A stretch of 49,017 nt of DNA from an uncultured Thiobacillus sp. (lineage in GTDB: Bacteria > Pseudomonadota > Gammaproteobacteria > Burkholderiales > Thiobacillaceae): the NCBI GenBank assembly GCA_964462255.1, contig CAYWXO010000002.1, positions 1-49,017 of the forward strand, given 5' to 3'. Of the stretch, positions 21,818 to 35,219 are shown piece after piece (the stretch's first letter is position 1; each line of letters begins with the position of its first letter). The notes beneath the pieces were generated by a model. It saw only the letters and a program-made list of their open reading frames with translations, ran no database searches and was not told where the DNA came from. A program made the position numbers and the translations under genes.

Positions 21818-22434
21818 ATTTAATGGAAGCGCTGGCAGCCGGTTTGATTGATTTGAATATTCAGCAAACAGAGCAGCAAAATCAAGCACTGTTGCGTTTT
21901 TTAGCCTTGCTCAGCAAGTGGAATAAAACCTACAACCTCACGGCTATTCATGAGCCTGAACGCATGTTGACGCACCATATTTTGGACAGTCTCGCGGTGC
22001 TGCCTTATTTAGTGCATGGCAATTTGCTTGACGTGGGCAGTGGCGGCGGATTTCCCGGTATTCCGTTGGCGATTGCGCGGCCTGAAATGCCGATTACCTT
22101 GATGGATGCGAGTCAGAAAAAATGTGGCTTTATGCAACAAGCGGTGATTGAGTTAAGGCTGGAAAAAGTGACAGTGGTCCATGCGCGGGTTGAATCCTTC
22201 CACGCGGAAGAAAATTATCAGCAGATTGTTTCGCGTGCTTTTTCAGATTTGTCCGACTTTGTCACGAAGAGCGCCCATTTGCTGGCCGCAGGCGGGCAAT
22301 GGCTGGCCATGAAGGGCAGCCATCCGCAAGCAGAAATCGCGCAGTTAAAGGCGGTTCAAATTGTGCGTGATATTCCGCTACATATCCCTGGACTGAGTGC
22401 TGAACGTTGTTTGATTATCATGGAACCCGCTTGA
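21814..22434 (+). CDS. rsmG: 16S rRNA (guanine527-N7)-methyltransferase RsmG (GidB)
   Basis: [16 protein letters not shown] and the [18 protein letters not shown] motif. ATGA overlap with the mnmG stop. Confidence 0.93.
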   Translation: MNLMEALAAGLIDLNIQQTEQQNQALLRFLALLSKWNKTYNLTAIHEPERMLTHHILDSLAVLPYLVHGNLLDVGSGGGFPGIPLAIARPEMPITLMDASQKKCGFMQQAVIELRLEKVTVVHARVESFHAEENYQQIVSRAFSDLSDFVTKSAHLLAAGGQWLAMKGSHPQAEIAQLKAVQIVRDIPLHIPGLSAERCLIIMEPA

Positions 22435-23234
22435 TGGCTCGCATAATTGCAGTAACAAATCAAAAAGGTGGTGTTGGTAAAACAACGACTGCCGTTAATC
22501 TTGCCGCTAGTCTGGCAAGTCTAGGAAAAAAAGTGTTGTTAGTGGATATTGATCCGCAAGGCAATGCTACGACAGGTAGCGGAGCAGAAAAACAAGGCTT
22601 AACCAAGACGGTTTACCACCTTTTATTGGGCTTGGATGATTACGCGTCAGTTCGTTTGCGATCGGAGTCTGGCTGTTTTGATTTGATACCAGCTAACCGC
22701 GATCTAGCTGGGGCTGAAGTCGAGCTGGTTGAACATAACGAGCGTGAGTTCCGCCTGAAAAATGCATTGCAAAATGCGGTGGATGATTATGATTTTATCT
22801 TTATTGATTGCCCACCTGCGCTTAATTTACTTACTGTTAATGCGTTAACCTGCGCGCATGCCGTTCTGATACCGATGCAATGCGAATATTTCGCAATTGA
22901 GGGTCTTGCAGACCTCGTTAATACCATAAAAAAAATAAAAAACCGGCTTAATCCTGCGTTGGTGATTGACGGTGTAGTTCGCGTCATGTTCGATAATCGT
23001 AATACCTTAGCCCAGCATGTATCGGATCAATTGAAGGCGCATTTTGGCAGCAAGGTTTTTGATACCGTCGTCCCGCGAAATGTTCGGCTTGCTGAAGCCC
23101 CCAGTCATGGTATGGCTGTTTTGCAATACGATCGAACGTCAAAAGGCTCACAAGCCTATTTACAAATGGCGCAGGAGTTGATTGATAAACAAAGCGATAA
23201 ACAAAGTGTAAAGAAAGGAGCTGGACGTGGCTAA
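22434..23234 (+). CDS. parA: Chromosome partitioning ATPase ParA (Soj)
   Basis: [24 protein letters not shown] deviant Walker A. Start at the ATG at 22434, overlapping the rsmG stop (TGATG). The ParA/Soj body runs to AVLQYDRTSKGSQAYL. Confidence 0.93.
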   Translation: MARIIAVTNQKGGVGKTTTAVNLAASLASLGKKVLLVDIDPQGNATTGSGAEKQGLTKTVYHLLLGLDDYASVRLRSESGCFDLIPANRDLAGAEVELVEHNEREFRLKNALQNAVDDYDFIFIDCPPALNLLTVNALTCAHAVLIPMQCEYFAIEGLADLVNTIKKIKNRLNPALVIDGVVRVMFDNRNTLAQHVSDQLKAHFGSKVFDTVVPRNVRLAEAPSHGMAVLQYDRTSKGSQAYLQMAQELIDKQSDKQSVKKGAGRG

Positions 23235-24063
23235 GTTGAAAGGATTGGGACGTGGGCTGGATGCGTTGTTGGGTGAAGGAGATACCAATGACGGCGAACG
23301 TTTATTGACTTTGCCGGTTGAAAGCCTCGTTCCGGGTAAGTATCAGCCGCGAACGCGTATGGATGAAGTTGCGTTGGCGGAATTAGCGGCTTCGATCGAG
23401 TCACAAGGCTTGATGCAGCCCATTTTGGCGCGTGCAATATCGGGTGGCCAGTTTGAGATCATTGCGGGAGAGCGCCGCTGGCGTGCCAGTCAGTTAGCAG
23501 GATTGAAAGAAATACCCGTTCTGGTCAGAGTGGTTGAAGATGCCGCTGCTTTGAAAATGGCCTTGATCGAAAATATTCAACGCGAGAATTTGAACCCGTT
23601 AGAAGAAGCACAAGGGATTCAGCGGTTGATTCAAGAATTTAGTATGACCCATCAATCCGCCGCCGATTCGGTGGGGCGTTCGCGCGTAACGGTAACTAAT
23701 TTATTGCGCTTGCTAAATCTCGCTGCGCCAGTTCAGACCATGCTGATGAATGGAGAACTGGATATGGGCCACGCCCGTGCCATGTTAGCGCTCAGCCATG
23801 CCAAACAAGCAGAGGCGGCTTATGAAGTAGCTAGCAAAGGGCTTTCGGTGCGCGAGGCGGAGCGGTTAGCCAATCAGATGCTCAAGCCGGTTGATAAAGC
23901 GGCAAAGTCGAAAGATCGGGACGTTATTCGGCTGGAAGAAGAAATGTCCGAACGTCTGGGGGTTGGTGTCAAGATAGGTGCCAACAAGAAAGGGGCGGGA
24001 AAAATTACTATCATGTTTCACAGTTTAGATCAACTGGATGAGTTGCTACAGCGGATCAAATGA
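23227..24063 (+). CDS. parB: Chromosome partitioning protein ParB (Spo0J)
   Basis: GLGRGLDALL N-terminus, ParB box (IIAGERRWRA), HTH (SMTHQSAADSVGRSRVTVTNLLRLL). GTG start overlapping the end of parA. Confidence 0.93.
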   Translation: MAKLKGLGRGLDALLGEGDTNDGERLLTLPVESLVPGKYQPRTRMDEVALAELAASIESQGLMQPILARAISGGQFEIIAGERRWRASQLAGLKEIPVLVRVVEDAAALKMALIENIQRENLNPLEEAQGIQRLIQEFSMTHQSAADSVGRSRVTVTNLLRLLNLAAPVQTMLMNGELDMGHARAMLALSHAKQAEAAYEVASKGLSVREAERLANQMLKPVDKAAKSKDRDVIRLEEEMSERLGVGVKIGANKKGAGKITIMFHSLDQLDELLQRIK

Positions 24064-24117
24064 CTGTGCAAAATTGATCTATCTCATGTTTTATAGATTC
24101 ATCAAACAGGTTGATCG

Positions 24118-24540
24118 TTGCATAAGCCTGTCCAATTCGTATATGATCCACGTCTAATGTTTAACGCTTTTTGGATGCAGAGTGTTGGTGTTTTAGTGAT
24201 GCTTGCAGTCGTTCTGTTCAGTTCCAACGTTTATTTTGCGTTGGCAATGGGATACGGCCTGTTCATTTCACTGGTAAACTCTGGCATGCTTGTGTGGCGC
24301 TGGCATAAAGGTCGCTATGACTACCACTGTAATGGTGGACGACATTTGCGGGCTTTTAACCGTTCCAGTATTGAGCGATTTGTAATAGTGAGTCTTCTGT
24401 TTGCAGCAGGGTTTAGTGGGCTTGGTGGTTTTGGAGGTTTTGTACTAACCAACCTGTCTGCCGAATGGATACTTGCAGGATTTATAGTGGGACAGTTGGC
24501 TTGGCTGCTGGCACTTGTGTTAGCCAGACGATTGTTCTGA
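24118..24540 (+). CDS. atpI: F-type ATP synthase protein I
   Basis: Small hydrophobic protein with about four TM segments, located immediately upstream of atpB. The call is positional and compositional. The start (TTG at 24118) is uncertain. Confidence 0.65.
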   Translation: MHKPVQFVYDPRLMFNAFWMQSVGVLVMLAVVLFSSNVYFALAMGYGLFISLVNSGMLVWRWHKGRYDYHCNGGRHLRAFNRSSIERFVIVSLLFAAGFSGLGGFGGFVLTNLSAEWILAGFIVGQLAWLLALVLARRLF

Positions 24541-24592
24541 ATACTGATTGAAGCTTCAAGGTTGCACCCTTGAAGGAAAACTGAAGAGTTAG

Positions 24593-25438
<846 letters not shown>

Positions 25439-25471
25439 TATTTTTTGACTTGTAGATACAGGAGTAACTAA

Positions 25472-25711
<240 letters not shown>

Positions 25712-25745
25712 TCATCAACCGCAATAACCTGCAAGAGGAGCGGTC

Positions 25746-26216
25746 ATGAACATCAATATGACCCTGATTGGTCAGTCCATAACCTTCGCAATATTTGTTT
25801 GGTTTTGCATGAAGTTTGTGTGGCCGCCCATAGTCAGTGCTTTGGAAGCCCGCAAGAAGCAGATTGCTGATGGATTAGCTGCGGCAGATCGCGGCAAGCA
25901 TGAGCTGGAGCTAGCGGCAAAACGTGCAAGCGAAACGTTGCATGATGCAAAGCTGAAGGCAGTTGATATTGTCGCCCAAGCTGAGAAACGTGCGGTGCAA
26001 ATCGTTGAAGAATCGAAGGGTGCCGCAAAAGAAGAAGGTGATCGAATGATCGCCTTGGCGAAAGCGGAAATTGAGCAGGAATCGCATCGTGCTCGTGAAG
26101 CGTTGCGAGGAGAGGTTGCTGCATTGGTTGTTGCCGGTGCGGCGAGAGTATTGCGTCGGGAAGTTGACGCGAAAGCTCATGCCGATCTCCTGGAAGTTAT
26201 CAAGAACGAGCTCTGA
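25746..26216 (+). CDS. atpF: F0F1 ATP synthase subunit b
   Basis: 156 aa with a single N-terminal TM (FVWPPI) followed by a long charged helix. Operon position fits. Confidence 0.93.
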   Translation: MNINMTLIGQSITFAIFVWFCMKFVWPPIVSALEARKKQIADGLAAADRGKHELELAAKRASETLHDAKLKAVDIVAQAEKRAVQIVEESKGAAKEEGDRMIALAKAEIEQESHRAREALRGEVAALVVAGAARVLRREVDAKAHADLLEVIKNEL

Positions 26217-26219
26217 TCT

Positions 26220-26753
26220 ATGGAACGTGCAACTTTAGCCCGCCCTTATGCTGAGGCGATTGCCAAGACTGCAGCCGAATCTGCAACTTGGAATCGCTGG
26301 TCAGAGCAACTCGCTTTACTTGCCTTGGTGGCTGGCGATGAGCAACTTCAGGATATGATCAGTAATCCTGCCATTCCTGGTAGTCGAGTTGCTGAAACCA
26401 TACTTTCTGTTTGTGGCGATAAACTCGGTGCTGAGGTTAAGAATTTGACCCAGCTCCTGGTAGAAAACAAACGTCTCGCGCTGCTGCCTGAGATCATTAA
26501 CTTGTTTGAAAAACTGAAGGCTGAGCAGGAGGGTGAATTGACTGCTCATATTATCAGTGCATTTACCTTGACCGTTGAGCAGATGACTGCCTTGGTCGAA
26601 AAACTGCAAGTTAAATTGGGTCGCAAGATTACCGCTACACAATCAATCGATAGCGAGCTGATTGCTGGCGTAATAATCCAGGTCGGCGACGAAGTTATGG
26701 ACGCGTCAGTGCGGGGCGGGCTGCAATCGCTAGCCGTCTCACTGAAAGTTTAA
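26220..26753 (+). CDS. atpH: F0F1 ATP synthase subunit delta
   Basis: 177 aa with an ARPYAEAI N-terminus and an OSCP-like C-terminus ([18 protein letters not shown]). Confidence 0.93.
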   Translation: MERATLARPYAEAIAKTAAESATWNRWSEQLALLALVAGDEQLQDMISNPAIPGSRVAETILSVCGDKLGAEVKNLTQLLVENKRLALLPEIINLFEKLKAEQEGELTAHIISAFTLTVEQMTALVEKLQVKLGRKITATQSIDSELIAGVIIQVGDEVMDASVRGGLQSLAVSLKV

Positions 26754-26773
26754 TTAAGAAATCTGGAGTTCAC

Positions 26774-28315
26774 ATGCAACTCAATCCGTCTGAAATCAGC
26801 GAGCTGATCAAGAGCCGTATCCAGAATATGGAGTCAGGTTCTGAATTGCGCACCCAAGGGACTGTAGTCTCTGTTACCGATGGTATTGTGCGTATTCACG
26901 GTTTGGCTGAAGTTATGCAAGGGGAAATGTTGGAGTTTCCCGGTAATGTATTTGGTATGGCGCTCAATCTGGAGCGAGACTCGGTGGGCGCAGTCGTGCT
27001 TGGCGATTATGAACATATTTCGGAAGGGGATACGGTCAAATGTACCGGCCGCATTCTGGAAGTTCCGGTTGGTGAGCAACTGCTCGGTCGTGTTGTTAAC
27101 TCGCTAGGCCAATCAATCGATGGTAAAGGCCCTATTGTCACGCAGCGTACCGCGCCGATTGAACAAATTGCACCTGGGGTTATTTCACGTCAATCTGTTT
27201 CTCAACCGATGCAAACCGGGCTGAAAGCCATTGATGCGATGGTGCCGGTAGGTCGTGGACAGCGCGAGCTGATCATTGGTGACCGTCAGACTGGTAAGAC
27301 CGCGGTTGCTATTGATGCCATCATCAATCAGAAGGCGACTGGCGTACTTTGTATCTACGTCGCTGTGGGGCAAAAGGCATCGAGTATTGCTAACGTGGTG
27401 CGCAAGTTGGAAGAGCATGGTGCCATGGCGCATACCATTGTGGTGGCGGCGACGGCATCTGATCCAGCAGCGATGCAGTTTATCGCGCCGTATGCAGGCT
27501 GCACGATGGGCGAATTCTTCCGTGACAGCGGTCGCGATGCCTTGATTGTTTATGACGATTTAACCAAACAAGCTTGGGCCTATCGGCAAATTTCCTTGCT
27601 GTTGCGGCGTCCTCCAGGCCGTGAAGCTTATCCTGGCGATGTCTTTTATTTGCATTCGCGGTTGCTGGAACGTGCAGCGCGGGTCAATGCCGATTTTGTT
27701 GAAAAACAAACTAAAGGCGAAGTTAAAGGTAAAACAGGTTCTTTGACTGCCCTGCCGATTATTGAAACGCAGGCGGGTGACGTTTCGGCTTTCGTACCGA
27801 CTAACGTTATTTCGATTACCGACGGTCAAATCTTCCTTGAATCTGATTTGTTCAATGCCGGTATTCGTCCAGCGATTAATGCGGGTCTGTCGGTTTCACG
27901 AGTCGGTGGCGCAGCGCAAACCAAAGTGATCAAGAAATTGGGCGGCGGTATTCGTTTGGCGCTGGCACAATATCGCGAATTGGCTGCTTTTGCGCAGTTT
28001 GCGTCAGATTTGGATGAGGCGACACGCAAGCAGTTAGAGCGCGGCAAATTGGTTACTGAGTTGATGAAGCAGTTTCAGTATTCACCGATGAACGTATCAG
28101 AAATGGCTGTCACCCTGTTTGCGGTGAACCGCGGCTATATGGATGATGTAGAAGTGAAGCGCGTACTTGCCTTTGAGTCTTCATTGCAATCATTCATGAA
28201 GAGTAAATACGCGGCCATTATGGACAAAGTGCAAAGTACGGGTGATCTTGATGGTGATGCTGAGAAATTGCTTTCAGCCGCAATCGATGATTTCAAGTCC
28301 AGTGCTGCTTACTGA
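26774..28315 (+). CDS. atpA: F0F1 ATP synthase subunit alpha
   Basis: Walker A GDRQTGKT. 513 aa with canonical alpha-subunit sequence throughout. Confidence 0.98.
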   Translation: MQLNPSEISELIKSRIQNMESGSELRTQGTVVSVTDGIVRIHGLAEVMQGEMLEFPGNVFGMALNLERDSVGAVVLGDYEHISEGDTVKCTGRILEVPVGEQLLGRVVNSLGQSIDGKGPIVTQRTAPIEQIAPGVISRQSVSQPMQTGLKAIDAMVPVGRGQRELIIGDRQTGKTAVAIDAIINQKATGVLCIYVAVGQKASSIANVVRKLEEHGAMAHTIVVAATASDPAAMQFIAPYAGCTMGEFFRDSGRDALIVYDDLTKQAWAYRQISLLLRRPPGREAYPGDVFYLHSRLLERAARVNADFVEKQTKGEVKGKTGSLTALPIIETQAGDVSAFVPTNVISITDGQIFLESDLFNAGIRPAINAGLSVSRVGGAAQTKVIKKLGGGIRLALAQYRELAAFAQFASDLDEATRKQLERGKLVTELMKQFQYSPMNVSEMAVTLFAVNRGYMDDVEVKRVLAFESSLQSFMKSKYAAIMDKVQSTGDLDGDAEKLLSAAIDDFKSSAAY

Positions 28316-28341
28316 TCAACTACTGACGGACGAAAAATAGC

Positions 28342-29208
28342 ATGGCCGCCGGCAAGGAAATTCGTAGCAAGATCAAAAGTGTTGAAAATACACGCAAGAT
28401 CACTCGCGCCATGGAGATGGTCGCCGCAGCCAAAATGCGCAAAGCACAGGAGCGCATGCGAAATGCGCGTCCTTATGCGGAGAAAATTGGTCGCGTAGCC
28501 GCCCACTTCAGTCAATCACATCCTGAATATCGGCATCCCTTTGTTGTTTCACGTGAAACAATCAAGCGTGTCGGGTTAATTCTGATTACGACTGACAAAG
28601 GCTTGTGCGGTGGTCTTAACACCAACGCACTTAGGTTGTCGCTGAATAAGCTGAAAAGCTGGGATGAGCAGAAGATAGAAGTCGATGTTTGTGTGGTCGG
28701 AAATAAAGGCTTGGGTTTCATGCAACGCCTTGGTGCTAATGTTGCTTCGCAATTAACCGGTATCGGTGATACTCCGCATATGGAGAACTTGATTGGTCCG
28801 GTGCAAGTGATGTTGGATGCCTATAAGACAGGCCGAATTGATGCGCTTTACTTGGTGTACAGCAAATTCGTTTCCACCATGAAGCAAGAACCCTCGTTTA
28901 CGCAATTATTGCCACTTAACGCAACAATCGCTTTTGAGAAGGCTGAACATCATTGGGACTATATTTACGAGCCTGAAGCAAAAACGGTCGTGGATAGTTT
29001 GATGGTTCGTTATATCGAGGCATTGATATACCAAGCGGTTGCGGAAAATCTGGCTTGTGAGCAATCGGCGCGTATGGTTGCAATGAAGGCAGCATCCGAT
29101 AACGCAAAAGATGTCGTTGGGGAACTCAAGCTGGTTTATAACAAGACCCGCCAAGCAGCGATTACTCAAGAAATATCTGAAATTGTCGCCGGCGCGTCCG
29201 CCGTTTAA
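28342..29208 (+). CDS. atpG: F0F1 ATP synthase subunit gamma
   Basis: [37 protein letters not shown]-terminus and a C-terminal [15 protein letters not shown]. Confidence 0.97.
   Translation: MAAGKEIRSKIKSVENTRKITRAMEMVAAAKMRKAQERMRNARPYAEKIGRVAAHFSQSHPEYRHPFVVSRETIKRVGLILITTDKGLCGGLNTNALRLSLNKLKSWDEQKIEVDVCVVGNKGLGFMQRLGANVASQLTGIGDTPHMENLIGPVQVMLDAYKTGRIDALYLVYSKFVSTMKQEPSFTQLLPLNATIAFEKAEHHWDYIYEPEAKTVVDSLMVRYIEALIYQAVAENLACEQSARMVAMKAASDNAKDVVGELKLVYNKTRQAAITQEISEIVAGASAV
28545..28560. promoter_or_regulatory. parS: Perfect parS site inside atpG
   Basis: TGTTTCACGTGAAACA is an exact consensus match embedded in the codons for VVSRETI. Confidence 0.82.
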
Positions 29209-29211
29209 TAG

Positions 29212-30618
<1,407 letters not shown>

Positions 30619-30630
30619 GGAAGTAATGTC

Positions 30631-31056
30631 ATGCCCATGACTCTCCACGTCGATATCGTCAGCACAGAAGCGTTAATATTTTCTGGCATAGCCGAGTTTG
30701 TGATTGCACCTGCTGAAATGGGTGAAGTTGGAATTTATCCGCGCCATACGCCGATGTTGACGCGTCTTAAACCCGGTTCGGTCCGGATCAAGTCGCCAAA
30801 TAAAGCCGAGGAAGACTTGATTTATGTATCGGGTGGCATCCTTGAGGTTCAACCTGGTGTCATCACCATTTTGTCCGATACGGCAGTCCGCGGCGCGGAT
30901 CTGGATGAGGCCCGCGTCGAAGAAGCGAAACGTCTGGCGGAAGAGGTGATGAAAAACAAAACTTCTTCTATGGACTATGCCCGCGCGCAAGTGGAGCTGG
31001 CAGAGGCGGTGGCGCAGCTTTCCGCTATTTCCAAGCTACGCCGAACCCGGGGTTGA
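30631..31056 (+). CDS. atpC: F0F1 ATP synthase subunit epsilon
   Basis: 141 aa with an MTLHVDIVS...IFSG beta-sandwich N-terminus and a helical C-terminus. It is the last gene of the operon. Confidence 0.95.
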   Translation: MPMTLHVDIVSTEALIFSGIAEFVIAPAEMGEVGIYPRHTPMLTRLKPGSVRIKSPNKAEEDLIYVSGGILEVQPGVITILSDTAVRGADLDEARVEEAKRLAEEVMKNKTSSMDYARAQVELAEAVAQLSAISKLRRTRG

Positions 31057-31099
31057 ATTTCAGTTTAGAAAAAACTCAGCTTCAAAGCTTGGTGACATG

Positions 31100-31128
31100 A
31101 AAAACGGCAGCGCAAAGCTGCCGTTTTT
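31100..31128 (+). terminator. Intrinsic terminator of the atp operon
   Basis: AAAAA-CGGCAGC-gcaaa-GCTGCCG-TTTTT, about 45 nt after the atpC stop. Confidence 0.85.
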
Positions 31129-31209
31129 CTTTCAGCGTGCTTCATAAAAAAGGGTGCAGGTTGTTTATACTTGCGGGCGTTTCAGACTAGATGAACCTTG
31201 TGCGAACTC

Positions 31210-32580
31210 ATGAATCCTGACCTTAATGTTGTCATCCTTGCTGCAGGTAAAGGCACGCGGATGAAATCAGAATTGCCCAAAGTGCTGCACCCATTAGCTG
31301 GCAAACCCCTTATTTCACACGTGCTAGCGGTGGCTGATCAACTTGCCCCCAAGTCGATTTGTGTGATTTATGGCCATGGTGGCGAGACCTTGCCGCAAGC
31401 GATTGCACGTAACGATTTAGCTTGGGCTAAACAAGAACCCCAGCTTGGTACTGGCCATGCCGTGCAGCAGGCCATTCCCTATCTAGATCCAGATGCGCTT
31501 TGTTTGATCTTATACGGCGATGTGCCACTAACGCGCACAGAAACCTTGCAGCAAATGACCTTGATTGCCAGTCAAGGTGCCATCGCTCTATTGACCGTTC
31601 ATCTGGAGAATCCAACCGGGTATGGCCGCATTGTGCGCGGTGCGGGTGGACAAGTTGAGCGCATTGTTGAACAAAAAGATGCAACACCCGAAGAGTTAGC
31701 GATCAAAGAAGTTAATACCGGCATTCTATGTTTGCCTGCCGGCAAACTCGCCCAGTGGCTGAATCGACTCAATAATAATAACGCGCAAGGCGAGTATTAC
31801 CTCACTGATGTGATTGGCATGGCAAGCGCGGCGGGTGAGCGTGTTATTCCTTGTCATCCGGCGGCGGAATGGGAAGTGCTTGGCATCAATAGTCGTGCGC
31901 AATTAGCGCAACTTGAACGATTACATCAACATAATCTGGCGGCGCAATTGATGGATGAGGGCGTTACGTTGATTGACCCCGCCAGAATCGATATCCGCGG
32001 CAAATTGACCTGTGGGCGCGACGTGTTGATCGACATCAACGCTGTTTTTGAGGGTGAAGTTGTCCTGGGTGACGGTGCTCACATTGGGGCAAATTGTGTG
32101 TTGAAAAATGTTGAATTGGCCGCGGGTGTCCAGCTAAAGCCGTTTTGTCATTTGGAAGGGGCGCGCGTTGGTGCGCGGGCGGTGATTGGCCCTTATGCGC
32201 GATTACGACCCGGCACAGAATTGGCCGAAGAAACGCATATCGGTAATTTTGTCGAATTAAAAAATGCCCAGGTGGGTTTTAATTCCAAGATCAATCACTT
32301 GTCTTATGTTGGTGATGCCACGGTTGGGCGCAAAGTTAATATAGGGGCCGGCACGATTACCTGTAATTATGACGGTGCCAATAAATTTAGAACCGTGATT
32401 GAAGACGATGTCTTTATCGGCTCGGACACCCAATTGATCGCCCCGGTTACGGTCGGCAAAGGGGCGACGTTGGGGGCCGGAACGACCTTGACCAAGGATG
32501 CACCGCCGGGGCAACTGACCTTGTCACGCGCTAAGCAACTGACGTTGAACGGTTGGCAGCGTCCAACCAAAAAGAAGTAA
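31210..32580 (+). CDS. glmU: Bifunctional UDP-N-acetylglucosamine pyrophosphorylase / GlcN-1-P acetyltransferase
   Basis: [15 protein letters not shown]-terminus and a left-handed beta-helix hexapeptide C-terminal half. The ATG at 31210 gives 456 aa. Confidence 0.96.
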   Translation: MNPDLNVVILAAGKGTRMKSELPKVLHPLAGKPLISHVLAVADQLAPKSICVIYGHGGETLPQAIARNDLAWAKQEPQLGTGHAVQQAIPYLDPDALCLILYGDVPLTRTETLQQMTLIASQGAIALLTVHLENPTGYGRIVRGAGGQVERIVEQKDATPEELAIKEVNTGILCLPAGKLAQWLNRLNNNNAQGEYYLTDVIGMASAAGERVIPCHPAAEWEVLGINSRAQLAQLERLHQHNLAAQLMDEGVTLIDPARIDIRGKLTCGRDVLIDINAVFEGEVVLGDGAHIGANCVLKNVELAAGVQLKPFCHLEGARVGARAVIGPYARLRPGTELAEETHIGNFVELKNAQVGFNSKINHLSYVGDATVGRKVNIGAGTITCNYDGANKFRTVIEDDVFIGSDTQLIAPVTVGKGATLGAGTTLTKDAPPGQLTLSRAKQLTLNGWQRPTKKK

Positions 32581-32593
32581 TTGGAGAGCGTTT

Positions 32594-34420
32594 ATGTGTG
32601 GCATTGTTGGCGCAATTGCTGAGCGCAATGTAGTACCCATCTTGATTGAAGGTTTGCAACGCCTGGAATATCGCGGCTATGACTCTGCTGGCTTGGCGGT
32701 GCATCAAGAAAATGGCAGTCTCGGACGCATACGTTCGGTCGGCAAAGTGGCCATGTTGCGGCAAGCGCTGGAAACAGAGCCGATCAGTGGTCACCTGGGC
32801 ATTGCGCATACGCGCTGGGCAACGCACGGCATTCCGGCTGAACGTAATGCGCATCCCCACATGAGTGGCGCGTCGGTGGCGGTTGTGCATAACGGCATCA
32901 TAGAAAATCATGCCGAGTTGCGGGCGGAATTGCAGGCGAAGGGCTATGTGTTCACGTCTGAGACCGATACCGAAGTTATCGCCCATCTCATTGCGCATTT
33001 GCAGGAGCAAGAGTCCGATTTGCTGCGGCTGGTGCAAAAAGCCATCCCGCGTTTGATTGGTGCTTATGGTCTTGCCGTCTCCACGCTGAGCGATTCGGAT
33101 CGCTTGGTGGTTGCGCGCGCGGGCAGCCCATTGGTGATTGGGCTGGGCATTGGTGAAAATTTCGTCGCCTCTGATGTGTTTGCCTTGTTGCCGGTGACGC
33201 AGCGCTTTATTTTCCTGGAAGAGGGCGATGTTGCTGAAATTCGGCGCAACAGCATCCGGATTTTCGATAAGGAGGGTCAAGTCGTCAAACGCGCCGAACG
33301 CTTGTCCCAGCTTTCTGCGGCGACTACCGATAAAGGCCCGTATCAGCATTACATGTTGAAGGAAATTTTCGAGCAACCTTCGGTTATCGCGGAGACATTG
33401 GAAGGGCGCATCTACAACGGTCGTTTGCTGGAAGAAAGCTTTGGCCATGAGGCTAAAGCCTTGCTGGACAAAACGCGCGGTGTTCACATTATCGCGTGCG
33501 GCACCAGCTATCACGCCGGCCTGGTTGCCCGCTATTGGCTGGAAGAAATTGGCATTCCCTGCAGCGTCGAAGTGGCCAGCGAATATCGCTATCGCAAGGT
33601 CGTGGTGCCGCCCGATACTTTGTTTCTTTCCATTTCACAGTCGGGCGAAACCGCTGATACCTTAGCGGCCTTGCGGTTTGCCAAACAAGCCGGCTACGTT
33701 GGTTCTCTGGCGATTTGCAATGTGCCGGAATCGTCGTTGACGCGCGAATCCGATGTGGCGTTGATGACGCGCGCGGGGCCAGAAATTGGCGTCGCCTCCA
33801 CCAAGGCGTTTACCACGCAATTGACGGCACTGCGCTTGTTGACCATTGCCTTGGCACGCCGGCGCGGCATGACGCCGGAAGAAGAGCTGCGGTTGGTGAA
33901 TGAGTTACATGCCTTGCCGCGGCAAGTCGAAGTCGTTTTAAGTTTGTCCGACGCGATCAAACAAATGGCGGCAGCCTTTTCGGATAAGCAACACGCCTTG
34001 TTTCTCGGTCGCGGCCCGTTTTATCCTATCGCGCTGGAAGGCGCATTGAAACTGAAAGAAATTTCTTATATTCACGCCGAAGCGTATCCTGCTGGCGAAT
34101 TAAAACATGGGCCGCTGGCTTTGGTTGATGCGGATATGCCGGTGATTTGTGCGTTGCCGGATGACCCATTGCTCGATAAAGTGTTGTCGAATTTGCAGGA
34201 AGTCCGTGCGCGCGGCGGAGAGCTGTTTCTCTTTTCCGACCATACGGTAAAAATTGAGCTTGATCATTTTCAGAATCTGACGCTAGCCGATATTTATCCA
34301 GGTACCGCGCCAATTGTTTACAGTATCCCGTTGCAATTGCTGGCCTATCACGTTGCCATTCTCAAGGGCACCGATGTTGACCAGCCACGCAATCTCGCTA
34401 AATCGGTCACGGTGGAGTAA
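32594..34420 (+). CDS. glmS: Glutamine--fructose-6-phosphate aminotransferase
   Basis: MCGIVGA Ntn-amidotransferase start, two SIS domains and the C-terminal [13 protein letters not shown]. Confidence 0.98.
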   Translation: MCGIVGAIAERNVVPILIEGLQRLEYRGYDSAGLAVHQENGSLGRIRSVGKVAMLRQALETEPISGHLGIAHTRWATHGIPAERNAHPHMSGASVAVVHNGIIENHAELRAELQAKGYVFTSETDTEVIAHLIAHLQEQESDLLRLVQKAIPRLIGAYGLAVSTLSDSDRLVVARAGSPLVIGLGIGENFVASDVFALLPVTQRFIFLEEGDVAEIRRNSIRIFDKEGQVVKRAERLSQLSAATTDKGPYQHYMLKEIFEQPSVIAETLEGRIYNGRLLEESFGHEAKALLDKTRGVHIIACGTSYHAGLVARYWLEEIGIPCSVEVASEYRYRKVVVPPDTLFLSISQSGETADTLAALRFAKQAGYVGSLAICNVPESSLTRESDVALMTRAGPEIGVASTKAFTTQLTALRLLTIALARRRGMTPEEELRLVNELHALPRQVEVVLSLSDAIKQMAAAFSDKQHALFLGRGPFYPIALEGALKLKEISYIHAEAYPAGELKHGPLALVDADMPVICALPDDPLLDKVLSNLQEVRARGGELFLFSDHTVKIELDHFQNLTLADIYPGTAPIVYSIPLQLLAYHVAILKGTDVDQPRNLAKSVTVE

Positions 34421-34427
34421 TACAGCA

Positions 34428-35192
34428 ATGGCAGTTATCGCGGTATTCAATCAAAAAGGTGGCGTTGGCAAGACGACCACTGCGCTCAACGTGGCAGCCT
34501 CACTCGCCCTGCTGGAACGTAAGCCGGTGGTGATTGATCTTGATCCCCAAGCGCATGTCAGTCAGGCATTCGGGATCAAAAATGTCCAGAAGCAGGTATC
34601 CACCGCCGCCTTTTTTCGCGACAAAATACCGCTAGAGCGTCTGATTCGTCGCTTGCCGAATCACATTCGGTTACTGCCGGGGCATCCTGATCTCTCGAAA
34701 GTCGATGCGTTACTGGGCGCGACATCCGGTGTTGCTGCGCTTTTGAAGCGTGGATTAACAACCGCCTTTGCCGGCGATGATTCGCCTATTCTGATTGATT
34801 GCGCACCCTCATTAGGCGTCTTGTCCTTAAATGCTTTATATGCGTCTGATCGTGTTTTGATCCCGGTGACGGCTGATTTCCTCGCTATTCAAGGACTCAA
34901 CCGACTCGACCTCGCCCTTAATGTGTTGGAAGGGCCGCTCAAGCGCCATATTGAACGGAAGGTGGTGCTCACGCGTTATGACCAAAACAAGCCGCAATGC
35001 GCTGAAGCGCTGGCGAACTTGCAGAAGCGCTATGGCAAGAATCTGTGTGAAACGATGATTCCGGATGATCCGGCGCTGTCAGAAAGTCCGGCGCACGGCA
35101 TGGATATTTTTGCTTATTCGTCCGAATCGGCCGGTGCGCACGATTACCGCTTATTGACTATGGAGCTGCTCTCCAAGGGCTTCTTTCGTTAG
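34428..35192 (+). CDS. Orphan ParA/MinD-family P-loop ATPase
   Basis: MAVIAVFNQKGGVGKTTT deviant Walker A, then DLDPQ and a Walker B-like ILIDCAPSLG. The ATG at 34428 is 7 nt after the glmS stop. The track start at 34314 overlaps glmS and is unlikely. Confidence 0.85.
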   Translation: MAVIAVFNQKGGVGKTTTALNVAASLALLERKPVVIDLDPQAHVSQAFGIKNVQKQVSTAAFFRDKIPLERLIRRLPNHIRLLPGHPDLSKVDALLGATSGVAALLKRGLTTAFAGDDSPILIDCAPSLGVLSLNALYASDRVLIPVTADFLAIQGLNRLDLALNVLEGPLKRHIERKVVLTRYDQNKPQCAEALANLQKRYGKNLCETMIPDDPALSESPAHGMDIFAYSSESAGAHDYRLLTMELLSKGFFR

Positions 35193-35219
35193 TTTCTTTC
35201 GCTAGTTTTATTCCCTCGC

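Noticed and set aside
32531-33514. A 327-aa ORF on the minus strand, among the longest in the ORF track
   Set aside because: It lies entirely antisense to the 3' end of glmU and the well-supported glmS CDS. Its Arg/Ala/Gln-rich, low-complexity translation has no recognisable motifs. It looks like a typical shadow ORF of a strongly codon-biased gene.
34421-35219. Tn7-like or CRISPR-associated transposon insertion at attTn7 downstream of glmS
   Set aside because: There are no tnsABCD/tniQ-like genes, no terminal repeat arrays and no duplicated target sequence. The only occupant is a single ParA-like gene, followed by the housekeeping gene bioA.
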